Shown: one piece after another, positions 38,143 through 48,970 of the stretch | Numbering within the stretch: position 1 is the first letter of the stretch | Layout of the letters: every line of letters starts with the position of its first letter | Assembly: GCA_964350795.1 (NCBI GenBank) | Contig: CAYGLI010000003.1 | Span: 272 to 64,271 of the forward strand | From: an uncultured Micavibrio sp. | Lineage (GTDB): Bacteria > Pseudomonadota > Alphaproteobacteria > Micavibrionales > UBA1664 | Length of the DNA stretch: 64,000 nucleotides | Reading direction: 5' to 3' | Translations under genes and position numbers: made by a program | Notes under the pieces: model-generated | What the model was told of the DNA's origin: nothing | The model's input: the letters and a program-made list of their open reading frames with translations, nothing else | The model's database searches: none

Positions 38143-39003
38143 CTAGTCCCACTTTGCAACGGGGGGAAGTGACATCAAAATAGCCTCTGTATTCCCGCCT
38201 GTTTGCAAACCAAATGTTGTGCCGCGGTCGTAAACCAGATTAAATTCAACATACCGTCCACGTTTAATCAACTGCGCCTCGCGGTCTTCGTCGCTCCACG
38301 GAATATTCATGTTTTTACGAACCAGCGCGCAATATGTATCGCGGAATGTTTTACCGACATCTTGGGTGAATGCAAAATCCGCATTCCAATCGCCGCTATC
38401 CAAATAATCGTAAAAAATCCCGCCGACGCCGCGCCCTTCGTTACGGTGCTTGATAAAAAAATACTCGTCCGCCCAATCTTTGAATTTATCGTAATCTGCG
38501 CATGGATGACGGTCGCAACAGGCCTTAAACCCGTCATGGAAAAATTGTGTGTCTTCCACGATATCAAAAATGGGATTGAGATCACCACCACCGCCAAACC
38601 ATTGTTTTGACGTGATAATCATGCGTGTGTTCATATGCGCGGGTGGCACATGTGGGTTGCGATGATGCGCGACAAGCGATAATCCAGACGCCCAAAATTC
38701 GCCGCCATTATCCCCGCTGCCCGGTATTTTCTTGGCGAATTCATCGGAAAATTTTCCGTGAACGGTTGAAATATTCACCCCAACCTTTTCAAAAACTCTT
38801 CCTTTCATCACTGACATTTCACCGCCACCACCATGTGTTCCATCGCCCGTGTCACGATCCCATTGCTTGCGCGTAAATTCCCCTGCGGGCAATTCCGAAA
38901 ATTGCCCTTGGGTATAGTCACGCTCTATCGCCTCAAACTCCGCGCAAATACTATCGCGTAATTCTTTGAACCAATTTTGTGCTTTTTGTTTTTGGTCTTC
39001 CAT
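38143..39003 (-). CDS. hemF: oxygen-dependent coproporphyrinogen III oxidase
   Basis: 286 aa. [58 protein letters not shown]. Confidence 0.92.
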   Translation of the reverse strand: MEDQKQKAQNWFKELRDSICAEFEAIERDYTQGQFSELPAGEFTRKQWDRDTGDGTHGGGGEMSVMKGRVFEKVGVNISTVHGKFSDEFAKKIPGSGDNGGEFWASGLSLVAHHRNPHVPPAHMNTRMIITSKQWFGGGGDLNPIFDIVEDTQFFHDGFKACCDRHPCADYDKFKDWADEYFFIKHRNEGRGVGGIFYDYLDSGDWNADFAFTQDVGKTFRDTYCALVRKNMNIPWSDEDREAQLIKRGRYVEFNLVYDRGTTFGLQTGGNTEAILMSLPPVAKWD

Positions 39004-39452
39004 TATTTCACCTGCCTCAACGCCTCACCCGTAATCATGGCGCAGGCATTAATAACATTCATTGAGCGTGCCTGTCCATGCATTGGAATAAGGACGCGCC
39101 CATCGACAACCTCATGCACATTATCGGGCACGCCAACACTTTCACGCCCCGCCAATAATGTATCGCCGTCTTGAAATTCAAATTCGGTATAGGGCACAGA
39201 TGCCTTGGTTGTCATGAGGATAATACGCCCTTGATGATCCTCACGGAATTTATTCCACGAAATATGTCGTTCAAAATCAACCAAATCAATATAATCCATG
39301 CCTGTGCGTTTGAATTCACGTTCTTTCCATGCGAAACCAAATGGTTCAATCAAATTTAATTGAATACCAAGGCACGCACATAAACGCATTGCCGACCCAA
39401 CATTTTGCGGGATATCGGGTTGATAGAGGGATAGTGAAATGTTTTTTATCAT
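39003..39452 (-). CDS. trmL: tRNA (cytidine/uridine-2'-O-)-methyltransferase TrmL (SpoU family)
   Basis: 149 aa. [17 protein letters not shown] ... [11 protein letters not shown] ... [12 protein letters not shown]. Confidence 0.85.
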   Translation of the reverse strand: MIKNISLSLYQPDIPQNVGSAMRLCACLGIQLNLIEPFGFAWKEREFKRTGMDYIDLVDFERHISWNKFREDHQGRIILMTTKASVPYTEFEFQDGDTLLAGRESVGVPDNVHEVVDGRVLIPMHGQARSMNVINACAMITGEALRQVK

Positions 39453-39545
39453 GTTTTGTTGTATATTCCATCTTCAAACCATTTACAAACCTTTCTAAAA
39501 GAACAATAATAACAACGATAAAAAATTATAGAGCGATAAGAACAA

Positions 39546-40079
39546 ATGGCAAAAAAACCAAAACAATCAAAAAGAGATTTTCTGTATTTAACCGCCGCCG
39601 CAACGGGTGTCGTTGGTGCCGCGGCGATGGGATGGGCGTTTATCGATTCCATGAACCCTGCTGCGGACGTGTTGGCATTGGCATCAACCGATGTCAATAT
39701 TGCCCCCATTGAGCCAGGACAAGCCATCACGGTCATGTGGCGTGGGAAGCCTGTTTTTGTCCGTCGTCGTACACCTGAGGAAATTGAAGCCGCCCAAGCA
39801 ACCGATGTTGCACAATTACGTGACCCACAAAGCGATACAGACCGTACATTAGACGGCAAGGCGGAATGGTTGATTGTTGTTGGCATTTGCACACATTTAG
39901 GATGCGTTCCGCTAGGTCAAAAACCCGCCGAAATTCGCGGTGAATATGGCGGTTGGTTCTGCCCTTGTCATGGGTCTCATTATGATACATCTGGTCGTAT
40001 CCGCAAGGGCCCTGCACCAACGAATTTGGCCGTCCCTGAATACGAATTTACAACCGATACAACGATAAAAATTGGATAA
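39546..40079 (+). CDS. petA: ubiquinol-cytochrome c reductase Rieske iron-sulfur subunit
   Basis: 177 aa. Tat-like N-terminus ([11 protein letters not shown]) and Rieske boxes CTHLGC and CPCHGS. Confidence 0.93.
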   Translation: MAKKPKQSKRDFLYLTAAATGVVGAAAMGWAFIDSMNPAADVLALASTDVNIAPIEPGQAITVMWRGKPVFVRRRTPEEIEAAQATDVAQLRDPQSDTDRTLDGKAEWLIVVGICTHLGCVPLGQKPAEIRGEYGGWFCPCHGSHYDTSGRIRKGPAPTNLAVPEYEFTTDTTIKIG

Positions 40080-40084
40080 GCATA

Positions 40085-42274
40085 ATGGCAAATAAAGACA
40101 GACAACCTTTTGATAATTCGGTCGTGGAATGGGTGGATAGCCGCCTACCAATCTTTACGATGATACAAAAAGAATATGGTGTATTCCCAACACCGCGCAA
40201 TTTCAATTACTTTTGGAATTTCGGTGCCTTGGCCATGGTGTTTTTGGTTTTGATGATTTTGACTGGTGTGTTTTTGGCCATGAATTACACCGCGCATGCG
40301 GATATGGCGTTTAATTCGGTTGAGCGGATTATGCGTGATGTGAATTTGGGGTGGATGTTGCGTTACATGCATATGAACGGCGCGCATTTCTTTTTTGCCG
40401 TCGTTTACATCCACATATTCCGTGCCATGTATTACGGATCTTATAAAAAACCACGTGAATTACTTTATCTGTTAGGTGTTTTGATTTTCGTCCTGATGAT
40501 GGCGACGGCCTTTATGGGCTACACCTTGCCTTGGTCACAAATGTCAGGATGGGGGGCAACGGTTATTACATCCCTGTTCTCCGCCGTTCCGTTTGTTGGT
40601 GAGGCGTTGGTACAATTATTATGGGGAGGGTTCAGTGTTGATAATCCAACATTAAACCGTTTCTATGCCCTGCATTATTTATTTCCGTTTTTGATTGTGG
40701 GTGTGGTTGTGCTCCATGTTTGGGCATTGCACGTCACGGGGTCAAATAACCCATTGGGTGTTGAACCAAAAACAAAGCGTGATACATTGCCGTTCCACCC
40801 TTATTACACAATGAAGGATATGTTTGGTATTACCGTTGTGTTGGTATTGTTTGCGTTTGTTGTTTTCTTTGCGCCAAATTCATTGGGACATGCCGATCAT
40901 TATATCCCATTTGATCCATTGGTTACCCCACCACATATTGTGCCTGAATGGTACTTTCTGATGTTCTATGCCATTTTGCGTGCCATTACATTTGATTTTA
41001 ACATCTATGTCTTTGCGGGTATGGGGTTAATGGCTGTTGCCGTTGTACCGTTATATATGAACCGTGATAAGCAATTAAATGTTCCTCCAATTTTAGGAAT
41101 TGGTGCATTGGGTGGTATTTTATTCTTACTTGGTTTTGTCGCGCAAGACGCAGGTGGTAATTTGGTTAAACTGCCATTCACTGAATTCAAATTGATTTCT
41201 GCGAAATTGGGTGGTGTGTTGGCCATGTTTGGTGCGATTGTTGCGTTGGCCTTAATGCCATGGTTGGATTGGCACAAGGTTCGCTCTGCGCGTTTCCGCC
41301 CAATGTATAAATTTTTCCTTATATTATTTGTGATTAACGCAGTGATATTAGGCATTATGGGTGCCAAAGTTGCCGAGCAACCATGGGTGATTATTTCACA
41401 ATTGGCGACTGGATATTACTTTGCATTCTTCTTTGTGATTGTACCCTTGCTCTCACGCATTGAGGTTGCAAAACCATTACCACGTTCCATTTATGAAGAA
41501 GTGGTTAAGAAGGTTGCCGTTGTTGCACTTGTTATCGCCGTATCCTTTGGTGGATTAACATCAACCGCCAATGCCGCGGGCGATGCCCCAACACCGCCAT
41601 CACGCGAATGGTCGTTTGATGGTATGTTTGGAACATTCGATAAGGCCGAAAAACAGCGCGGATTTCAGGTTTATAAAGAGGTCTGCGCCGCATGTCACGG
41701 GATGAAGAAATTATCATACCGTAACCTGACCAGCCTTGGATATTCCGAAGATCAAGTTAAGGCCATCGCAATGGAATATGAAGTAACCGATGGACCAAAT
41801 GACGAGGGGGACATGTTTACACGCCCCGCCCGTGCATCCGACCGTTTCAAATCACCTTTTGAAAATTATCAGGCCGCACGATACGCCAATAATGGCGCAC
41901 TGCCTGTTGATTTATCCTTAATTGTGAAGGCACGTCATTATGGCGCGGATTATATCCATGCCTTACTAACGGGATATAAAGAAGCCCCAGAGGGCGTCGA
42001 GATGAATGCAGGTATGCATTATAATGAATATTTTGCTGGTAATCAAATTGCCATGTCTGCTCCATTAATCAATGATCAAATTCCATATGCTGATGGCACG
42101 CCCGCAACGGTGGAACAAATGGCACATGATGTTTCCGTATTTTTGGCATGGGCCGCAGAACCATCGCAGGATGAGCGCAAAAGGATTGGATGGAAGGTTC
42201 TTATCTTCCTAACATTCCTGTCCGTCATCATGTATCTGGTGAAGAAAAAAGTCTGGAAAGATGTTGAGAAATAA
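40085..42274 (+). CDS. fbcH: fused cytochrome b / cytochrome c1 precursor (fbcH-type)
   Basis: A single 729-aa frame. The cytochrome b part has [15 protein letters not shown] and related motifs. An internal signal-like segment ([26 protein letters not shown]) follows, then cytochrome c1 with CAACHGM and a C-terminal TM anchor. Confidence 0.88.
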   Translation: MANKDRQPFDNSVVEWVDSRLPIFTMIQKEYGVFPTPRNFNYFWNFGALAMVFLVLMILTGVFLAMNYTAHADMAFNSVERIMRDVNLGWMLRYMHMNGAHFFFAVVYIHIFRAMYYGSYKKPRELLYLLGVLIFVLMMATAFMGYTLPWSQMSGWGATVITSLFSAVPFVGEALVQLLWGGFSVDNPTLNRFYALHYLFPFLIVGVVVLHVWALHVTGSNNPLGVEPKTKRDTLPFHPYYTMKDMFGITVVLVLFAFVVFFAPNSLGHADHYIPFDPLVTPPHIVPEWYFLMFYAILRAITFDFNIYVFAGMGLMAVAVVPLYMNRDKQLNVPPILGIGALGGILFLLGFVAQDAGGNLVKLPFTEFKLISAKLGGVLAMFGAIVALALMPWLDWHKVRSARFRPMYKFFLILFVINAVILGIMGAKVAEQPWVIISQLATGYYFAFFFVIVPLLSRIEVAKPLPRSIYEEVVKKVAVVALVIAVSFGGLTSTANAAGDAPTPPSREWSFDGMFGTFDKAEKQRGFQVYKEVCAACHGMKKLSYRNLTSLGYSEDQVKAIAMEYEVTDGPNDEGDMFTRPARASDRFKSPFENYQAARYANNGALPVDLSLIVKARHYGADYIHALLTGYKEAPEGVEMNAGMHYNEYFAGNQIAMSAPLINDQIPYADGTPATVEQMAHDVSVFLAWAAEPSQDERKRIGWKVLIFLTFLSVIMYLVKKKVWKDVEK

Positions 42275-42282
42275 GAAATTTC

Positions 42283-42309
42283 AAAAGCCCCTAACACAGG
42301 GGCTTTTTT
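42283..42309 (+). terminator. rho-independent terminator after fbcH
   Basis: Stem GCCCCT / AGGGGC with a 5-nt loop, followed by TTTTTT. Confidence 0.8.
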
Positions 42310-42345
42310 AATGACAAAACCACAATCTCGTGTTAAAAACCCCGC

Positions 42346-44154
42346 ATGACAACACATCCGTTAGAGCATATTCGTAACTTTGCCATTATCGCCCATATTG
42401 ATCATGGGAAATCGACATTGGCGGATCGCCTGATTCAAACATGCGGCGGATTAACCGAACGTGAAATGTCCGAACAGGTTTTGGATAATATGGACATTGA
42501 AAAGGAACGCGGCATTACGATCAAGGCGCAAACAGTTCGCCTGTCTTATACCGCCAAGGACGGCATTACCTATCAATTGAATATCATGGATACACCTGGT
42601 CACGTTGATTTCGCGTATGAGGTCTCGCGATCACTCGCCGCATGTGAAGGGTCACTCTTAATCGTTGATGCCACCCAAGGGGTTGAGGCGCAAACATTGG
42701 CAAATGTTTATCAGGCGATGGATAATGACCATGAAATCATTCCCGTGATTAACAAAATCGACCTCCCCGCCGCCGATGTTGATAAGGTCAAGGAACAAAT
42801 TGAGGACGTGATTGGTATCGACGCATCGGACGCGTTAGAGGTCTCAGGAAAATCAGGAATTGGTATCGATGATTTGTTAGAGGCCATCGTCACGCGCCTA
42901 CCCGCCCCAACGGCACCTGCCAATGCCCCAACCAAGGCATTGTTGGTGGATAGTTGGTACGATTCCTATTTAGGCGTTATGATTTTGGTACGTGTCATGG
43001 AAGGCACATTAAAAAAAGGCCAAAAAATTAAATTCATGAAGGCCAAAACAGTTCAACAAATTGATCGTGTAGGAATATTTTCACCAAAGGCAACGATGTT
43101 GGATGAATTAGGCCCCGGGGAAATGGGTTTCATCACTGCATCGATTAAGGAAATCAGCGATACCAAGGTTGGTGACACCATCACGGATGAAAAAACACCC
43201 ACGGCTCAGGCCTTGGCAGGGTTTAAACCATCCATCCCGATGGTGTTTTGCTCTCTCTTTCCCGTTGATGCGTCTGATTTTGAACATCTACGCGACAGTC
43301 TTGGAAAGCTTGCCCTCAACGATGCCTCCCTCCATTATGAACCCGAAAATTCTCAGGCTCTTGGCCTAGGGTTTCGATGTGGTTTCCTTGGCCTTTTACA
43401 CATGGAAATTATTCAGGAACGTTTATCCCGTGAATTTGATTTAGACCTTATACCAACTGCGCCATCCGTGGTTTATAAATTGCATATGACTGATGGCACG
43501 GTTAAGGAACTTTATAATCCAGCCGATATGCCCGATGTCGTGAAAATCGATAAAATCGAAGAACCATTGATCAAGGCTACTATCCTTGTCCCTGATGAAT
43601 ATTTAGGTGGATTACTACAATTATGCGAGGAACGCCGCGGCCGTCAGGTCACATTAACCTATGTCGGGTCACGCGCCATGTTGGTGTATCGCATTCCATT
43701 AAATGAGGTTGTTTTTGATTTTTATGACCGCCTCAAATCAATATCCCGTGGATACGCATCATTCGATTATGAATTGGATGGATACCAAGAAGAGGACTTG
43801 GTGAAGATGGATATCCGCGTCAATGACGAGGCCGTGGATGCATTGGCCATGATTGTCCACCGCACGCAGGCGGAACGCCGAGGCCGTCAATTATGCGAAC
43901 GGTTAAAAGAACTCATCCCCCGTCAAATGTTTAAAATCGCCATTCAGGCCGCGATCGGCGCCAAAATCATTGGCCGTGAAACGCTATCCGCCCTTCGCAA
44001 GGACGTCACCGCCAAATGTTACGGTGGCGATATTTCGCGCAAGAAAAAACTGTTAGAAAAACAGAAAAAAGGTAAAGCCAAATTGCGCCAATACGGAAAC
44101 GTAGAGATACCGCAAAGCGCGTTTATCAATGCCCTTAAAATGGGGGATGGTTAA
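42346..44154 (+). CDS. lepA: translation elongation factor 4 (LepA)
   Basis: 602 aa. [34 protein letters not shown], and the conserved LepA C-terminal domain. Confidence 0.95.
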   Translation: MTTHPLEHIRNFAIIAHIDHGKSTLADRLIQTCGGLTEREMSEQVLDNMDIEKERGITIKAQTVRLSYTAKDGITYQLNIMDTPGHVDFAYEVSRSLAACEGSLLIVDATQGVEAQTLANVYQAMDNDHEIIPVINKIDLPAADVDKVKEQIEDVIGIDASDALEVSGKSGIGIDDLLEAIVTRLPAPTAPANAPTKALLVDSWYDSYLGVMILVRVMEGTLKKGQKIKFMKAKTVQQIDRVGIFSPKATMLDELGPGEMGFITASIKEISDTKVGDTITDEKTPTAQALAGFKPSIPMVFCSLFPVDASDFEHLRDSLGKLALNDASLHYEPENSQALGLGFRCGFLGLLHMEIIQERLSREFDLDLIPTAPSVVYKLHMTDGTVKELYNPADMPDVVKIDKIEEPLIKATILVPDEYLGGLLQLCEERRGRQVTLTYVGSRAMLVYRIPLNEVVFDFYDRLKSISRGYASFDYELDGYQEEDLVKMDIRVNDEAVDALAMIVHRTQAERRGRQLCERLKELIPRQMFKIAIQAAIGAKIIGRETLSALRKDVTAKCYGGDISRKKKLLEKQKKGKAKLRQYGNVEIPQSAFINALKMGDG

Positions 44155-44182
44155 ATTTTAAGAATTTGTCTAGAATATATTA

Positions 44183-44821
44183 ATGATTGATACTGCTAGA
44201 CTAAACTTACTAATTACATTCTTAGGTGGAATTTTTATTCTTATCGGAACCATTTTTTCAGAAAATATAAGTAACTATTTCTTCCCTCCTAATGAATTAA
44301 CCTATGAAGTTATTGCGCACAGCGAAATAGATGACCTAACAATATTAAACTTAAGTATTGTAAATGGTGGACAGAAAGTTCAAAAAGATGTTTCTATAGA
44401 AATTAGTAAGAGTACAAAAGCTCCAAACAGCAAGGGCTTAATAGCTTATGAAAGCAATAAAGATATTATTGCTAAAGAAGGCAAATCAAAATACATTTTC
44501 TCAATAGAAAACCTCAAAATTGATGAAAGATTAAACTTATCTTTAGTATTAAATGAACCATATTTATTTTATAATGAATATTATGGTGGATTGCGCGATG
44601 TTAAAATTATATCAGATGAAAATGTTGCTCAGCAGGTAACAAAAAACAGCTATTTTGAAGATATAAAAACAGCAATATTTTGGATTGCTTTAGTTGGTTT
44701 TATTCTTTTGATAATACTAGGATTCATTTTGGAATTTATTTTAACACCAGAGCAGAAAATTAAAATGTTAAAAGATAACATAAAAAATAATCAAGATAAG
44801 ATAAAAAAACTAAAGCCTTAA
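44183..44821 (+). CDS. hypothetical membrane protein (212 aa), very AT-rich
   Basis: N-terminal TM (LLITFLGGIFILIGTIF) and C-terminal TM (IFWIALVGFILLIILGFILEFIL) with a Lys-rich tail. No recognised family. Confidence 0.45.
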   Translation: MIDTARLNLLITFLGGIFILIGTIFSENISNYFFPPNELTYEVIAHSEIDDLTILNLSIVNGGQKVQKDVSIEISKSTKAPNSKGLIAYESNKDIIAKEGKSKYIFSIENLKIDERLNLSLVLNEPYLFYNEYYGGLRDVKIISDENVAQQVTKNSYFEDIKTAIFWIALVGFILLIILGFILEFILTPEQKIKMLKDNIKNNQDKIKKLKP

Positions 44822-44966
44822 CCCACCAACGCCAATTCTTCTAAACCCGCTTTCATCCTGTCTTTAAACGCCTCTTGTCCCAAACAGGCTAATCTTTCGC
44901 TTGGTTTGGAGCGATACACATCATAGGCATATATCTGTTGTTCGGGTGTTTGTGGGAATTTACCCC

Positions 44967-45293
44967 CTAAACCACAATCCTTAAAATCATTTCACCTTCA
45001 CGGATAATGACGGTTTTGTGGGCGCGGCGCATCATGGGAATTCCGGCACCTCGGCAAAACATCATAAGGGCGGCAGCGATAAAGTCACGCGAGAACGTCA
45101 CCATTTTCTTTTCACCATCTTGGGGGTTTTCCAAAAAAATATTGATTTTATTCGCATCAAGACCGTCTTCCTCAATTTTTTTAATCATGCCAGCAATCAT
45201 TTTGGGGGCATTTTCTTGTTTGAGAGACAACTTATACAAGGCCTGATAGGTTTCGGTCATATCAAAAATGATGCGGCGGTCTTCACGGGGCAT
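44967..45293 (-). CDS. hypothetical protein (108 aa)
   Basis: Divergent from cheZ with no recognised motif. Confidence 0.4.
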   Translation of the reverse strand: MPREDRRIIFDMTETYQALYKLSLKQENAPKMIAGMIKKIEEDGLDANKINIFLENPQDGEKKMVTFSRDFIAAALMMFCRGAGIPMMRRAHKTVIIREGEMILRIVV

Positions 45294-45376
45294 AATTATC
45301 CTTGTATGCTGTTGGTTAGAAAATGTTAACTTCTATTTATTAAATTAGATTAAACTATTAAAAAGATTTTTATACA

Positions 45377-45991
45377 ATGACACAAGCCCCCGTAAACAAT
45401 AATAATGATAATAAAATTGATGTTGATGAAAAATTGACAGCATTGGAAAAATTTATTGCGCGTCGTTTCGATGAAATTTCGATGGAAATTGAGGCGACAT
45501 CCCAATTAATGGAAATGGCAGAAGAGGACGCAGGCAAACGTTTCGTTGATATGTTGGGCATGTTAAACGCCATTTCATTTGCTGGTGATGGCACATCCCC
45601 CGCCAATTCAGGGAAAGAATTAGAATCCGTTGTCAAAGAAACAGAAAAGGCCGCGACAACCATCATGGATGCCGCTGATAATATTAAAAAAACGCTTGAG
45701 GCCAACGAGGACATGTTCGCCCATGATATGCATTCGGCATCAGTATCCGAATCAATCTTTAACGATATTCAAACCATAATCATGGCATGCGAATTTCAGG
45801 ATTTGGTATCACAACGCGTCACGACATCTGTTCGTAATATTCGTGATATTCAGGAAAAATTAGATGCCACCTTATCCAAATTTGGAATTGATACCAAATC
45901 CGCCAAGGACCCTATTAAAAACGAAACCTCTGCCGCTACATCATCCGAAGAAACAGCGTCACAAGGCGATATTGACGCGTTATTTGACTAA
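45377..45991 (+). CDS. cheZ: CheZ-like CheY-P phosphatase
   Basis: 204 aa. IIMACEFQDLVSQRVTTSVRNIRDIQEKL parallels E. coli CheZ [28 protein letters not shown]. The C-terminal ASQGDIDALFD resembles the CheY-binding tail ASQDQVDDLLDSLGF. Confidence 0.65.
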   Translation: MTQAPVNNNNDNKIDVDEKLTALEKFIARRFDEISMEIEATSQLMEMAEEDAGKRFVDMLGMLNAISFAGDGTSPANSGKELESVVKETEKAATTIMDAADNIKKTLEANEDMFAHDMHSASVSESIFNDIQTIIMACEFQDLVSQRVTTSVRNIRDIQEKLDATLSKFGIDTKSAKDPIKNETSAATSSEETASQGDIDALFD

Positions 45992-46058
45992 TTTCCTGCT
46001 GTTAATAAAATATTCACCTTTTTCCCATAAGATTATTGAATAAAGTAAAGAGGATTAA

Positions 46059-46658
46059 TTGAGTATGACAGCACTATCACAACAAATGCAGGGGAAAATG
46101 ACGCTTGTTTTAAATGACCTGCGCCATAAAACGTTGGCCCGCATGACCGAAAGAGGCGAGCGTATTAAAAACCGCCCTGCCGTTGATGACAGTTTCAAAC
46201 AAATTCAAAGCCACCAAGTGATGCAAAAGAACGATGACGGTGCAACAATCCTTGGCGCCGCCATCGGCATTCCAGGGTTAGAAGGCGTGGCGGAATCCGT
46301 CGCTGACGTAGCTATCGAGCTCTATGGTGATCGCAAGGCCACGTTTGCACGACCACAGGATGATGAAGAGCTATCCCCAAAACAAAAATTAAAAATCCGC
46401 GAAGAAAACCGAATGGATTTAGAGGTATTTCAAAATTTAGATGATAAATTAAATACCCTGAACACGTACATCGCACAGGGTTACAAATTGGGTTTGGATT
46501 GGAATGGTGAATTAATTCCATGGGAAGAAATTGATACGCCAAAACAAACCATGAAAATAACACCCGAGGAAGAATTGGGTTTAAGGGCGGATAATTTAAA
46601 TCATGCGCCTGCGATGAATTTAAACCGTGCACCAACATCCATGTCAATGCGTGCATAA
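46059..46658 (+). CDS. hypothetical protein (199 aa)
   Basis: Same strand as cheZ, 67 nt downstream. SD-like AAAGAGGA upstream, TTG (46059) or ATG (46065) start, no recognised motif. Confidence 0.45.
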   Translation: MSMTALSQQMQGKMTLVLNDLRHKTLARMTERGERIKNRPAVDDSFKQIQSHQVMQKNDDGATILGAAIGIPGLEGVAESVADVAIELYGDRKATFARPQDDEELSPKQKLKIREENRMDLEVFQNLDDKLNTLNTYIAQGYKLGLDWNGELIPWEEIDTPKQTMKITPEEELGLRADNLNHAPAMNLNRAPTSMSMRA

Positions 46659-46713
46659 TAACCATAGATTTTTTTGCACTAATCCTGCAAAATGGTAAGC
46701 AGGACATAAAATC

Positions 46714-47577
46714 ATGATGCTTCTTAATACATCCCTCCTTCGCGAGAGATTTACAATCACAGAAAAAAACTCAACCCAACAACCGATACAGGCGTTGGGA
46801 AATCGCATTTTATTGCCTCTAAAATCAACAAATGGTGAAATATCGGAACGATTTGTTATTCGTGCCCATTCCATGCATATGGCCCTCTCCATGGCCGCGG
46901 CAATTACAAATAATTTTTTTGAATATGGCCCCATCATTAACCGTATGGTTAAATTTCCATGGCGGGATATATGGTATGATATTTCGTCAGATTTCGAACG
47001 ACCTCATAATCCCGATACATGGATATCAATCTATCATAATGGACGACCAATCTATCAAGATGGCGCGCATCATCCATTTTTGGATATTGTTGAGCAATGC
47101 GACATTAAAAACCGTGAAGAATATGACCGTGCTATTCCATTGGCCGTGGATATTTTCAAACAAGCGGGCAAAGACGTTGAAATTCAACATGATGTCAATA
47201 TCGCCAGTGTGATAGGTGTGACAGAAGGCAAAACACGTTGTGGCCTTATTTTACGCTCCCCTACACGCACAACAACCTTTAATTTCACAATGCAAGTAAA
47301 CCCTGATAAAGAATTTCAACCCGCGCCTCATCATGGTTTAGAGTTAGCGGCATTATACCTTGAGGCAATTCAACTGGCCGTTTCCACTGGATTTGTAGAG
47401 AGAAAGTTAGAGGAAGGTCATTTACGCGAAACATCAAACGCGGCCAAAAAAGCCAAAGCGTCCTATCATCGTATCGGTCGATTGAATAAAGAAATAGAAG
47501 GGTTTGAAACAATGTATGACATTCGATATCGCCCCGAAAAACCCGATTTTGTCGCCTTAATGAAGGACGATAATTAA
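46714..47577 (+). CDS. hypothetical protein, tandem paralogue A (287 aa)
   Basis: Shares with the next gene SLLRE.FTI, ALGNR, IR.HSMHM, PDTWI, HH.F.DI.EQ, ILR.P, KEF and the C-terminal IRYRPEKPDF, in the same order and at the same length. Confidence 0.6.
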   Translation: MMLLNTSLLRERFTITEKNSTQQPIQALGNRILLPLKSTNGEISERFVIRAHSMHMALSMAAAITNNFFEYGPIINRMVKFPWRDIWYDISSDFERPHNPDTWISIYHNGRPIYQDGAHHPFLDIVEQCDIKNREEYDRAIPLAVDIFKQAGKDVEIQHDVNIASVIGVTEGKTRCGLILRSPTRTTTFNFTMQVNPDKEFQPAPHHGLELAALYLEAIQLAVSTGFVERKLEEGHLRETSNAAKKAKASYHRIGRLNKEIEGFETMYDIRYRPEKPDFVALMKDDN

Positions 47578-47579
47578 GC

Positions 47580-48440
47580 ATGGATAATATATCCCTCCTT
47601 CGTGAAAAATTCACTATTCGGGATTTAGGGATAGATTCAGGTGCCGTCATTGCACTTGGTAATCGTCTGCATATTGATCTGCCAAAACAAAAAACACCCC
47701 TCATCATTCGTGGTCATTCCATGCATATGACATTGCGATATGGTGCCGAAATTTTGAAACATTTATCCTATATCAGCCATGTCGAAGATATTAAGACCCT
47801 AATTGATTGGGAGGCGTTATGGGATAAATTAATTACACCCTTTGAAAAAGACAACGTGCCTGACACTTGGATTACACTTTATTATCAAGGTAAAATTATT
47901 TTTCAATCTGGGCGTCATCATATGTTTTTTGATATCATTGAGCAGACAGAATTTAAAAATATTGGGACGTCACAACAATACGATAAATCAATTGTTATGG
48001 CACAAAATGCCTTTCGCCAAATGGGACGCAGCGTGATGATTGAACAAGAATCACATGTTGGATTTGTGTTGGACGTCGACCCAAAGGAAATGCGATTTGC
48101 CATTATTTTGCGAACCCCCGAACAAAAGGCAACATTTATTGTCAGGATGTCTGATAACAAAGAATTTAAAATCAAACCTTATGATTACGTATGCATGCAA
48201 TTGGCGGCTGACTATATCGAGGGCATTAATATGGCGGTGAGATCAGGATTCATGGATCGGGACATCGCCTCAAATGTTATTTCACAATATTCCGAAGGGA
48301 TGAAATTATATCGCAAAATCCAAAAACGATTGAAATCAATGGAAATTGGTGTAGGTCAGGCAGAACGAAAATATACCATCAGATACCGTCCCGAAAAACC
48401 TGATTTCACGGTTATTCAAAAAGAATGCTCGGACAATTGA
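47580..48440 (+). CDS. hypothetical protein, tandem paralogue B (286 aa)
   Basis: Starts 2 nt after paralogue A and is colinear with it over its full length. Confidence 0.6.
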   Translation: MDNISLLREKFTIRDLGIDSGAVIALGNRLHIDLPKQKTPLIIRGHSMHMTLRYGAEILKHLSYISHVEDIKTLIDWEALWDKLITPFEKDNVPDTWITLYYQGKIIFQSGRHHMFFDIIEQTEFKNIGTSQQYDKSIVMAQNAFRQMGRSVMIEQESHVGFVLDVDPKEMRFAIILRTPEQKATFIVRMSDNKEFKIKPYDYVCMQLAADYIEGINMAVRSGFMDRDIASNVISQYSEGMKLYRKIQKRLKSMEIGVGQAERKYTIRYRPEKPDFTVIQKECSDN

Positions 48441-48485
48441 AAATAAGCTTGATTTAAACCACCAATATATGTTTATTGTGAAATA

Positions 48486-48854
48486 ATGAAAAAAGCATTT
48501 TTACTTGCATCTTTATTCTGTATAACTTCTCCAACACATGTATCGTCTGCAACGGTATTATTTGGCGAGCGTTTGACTCCAACAATATCGGCACCAAACA
48601 CTAATAGCTTACATCAATACAGACCGCCTAAAAGAGATTTTATTGAGGCATGTCATATAGACAACAGAGAGATTTTTTATTTGCTACAATCAATACTCTC
48701 TTCAAAAAGTCAAACTAACCTTAGCGGTTGGTGCTTTGACGAGTATAGAAAAAAGATCACAGATGAAATATGTCCATATAGCGCCGTAAATAGCACACCC
48801 ACTTGTGATCTCTTAAGACAACGAATTTCAGGCGATAAGCCTAAATTCTATTAA
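48486..48854 (+). CDS. hypothetical secreted Cys-containing protein (122 aa)
   Basis: Signal peptide (MKKAFLLASLFCITSPTHVSSA) and several Cys in the mature part. AT-rich. Confidence 0.45.
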   Translation: MKKAFLLASLFCITSPTHVSSATVLFGERLTPTISAPNTNSLHQYRPPKRDFIEACHIDNREIFYLLQSILSSKSQTNLSGWCFDEYRKKITDEICPYSAVNSTPTCDLLRQRISGDKPKFY

Positions 48855-48907
48855 AGGTTTGATAGTAAATTAAAAAATAATTAAAACTAAGCTTAGTTGT
48901 TTTATAA

Positions 48908-48936
48908 TTGACATAGTTTAAATTCTGCGATTTAAT
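48908..48936 (+). promoter_or_regulatory. sigma70-type promoter TTGACA-17-TTTAAT (copy 1 of a duplicated promoter)
   Basis: ATTGACATAGTTTAAATTCTGCGATTTAAT lies 35 nt upstream of ATG 48971 and is near-identical to 49481-49510. Confidence 0.55.
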
Positions 48937-48970
48937 TACAATATTATTTTCTTTAAAAAAGGAAAAAGAC

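Noticed and set aside
44818-44994. 57-codon stop-free frame (…GGKFPQTPEQQIYAYDVYRSKPSERLACLGQEAFKDRMKAGLEELALVG) just downstream of, and out of frame with, the 108-aa ORF 44967..45293. It might indicate a frameshifted longer gene.
   Set aside because: It has no start codon or SD and no recognisable motif, and its length is within what chance allows given the many 60-100-aa spurious ORFs in this window. It is kept only as a note for anyone who runs a homology search.
45294-45376. Multiple TTAA pairs upstream of cheZ as possible CtrA boxes.
   Set aside because: The spacings read N6, N4 or a mismatched half-site (TTAT). None has the TTAA-N7-TTAA geometry, and the region is simply very AT-rich.
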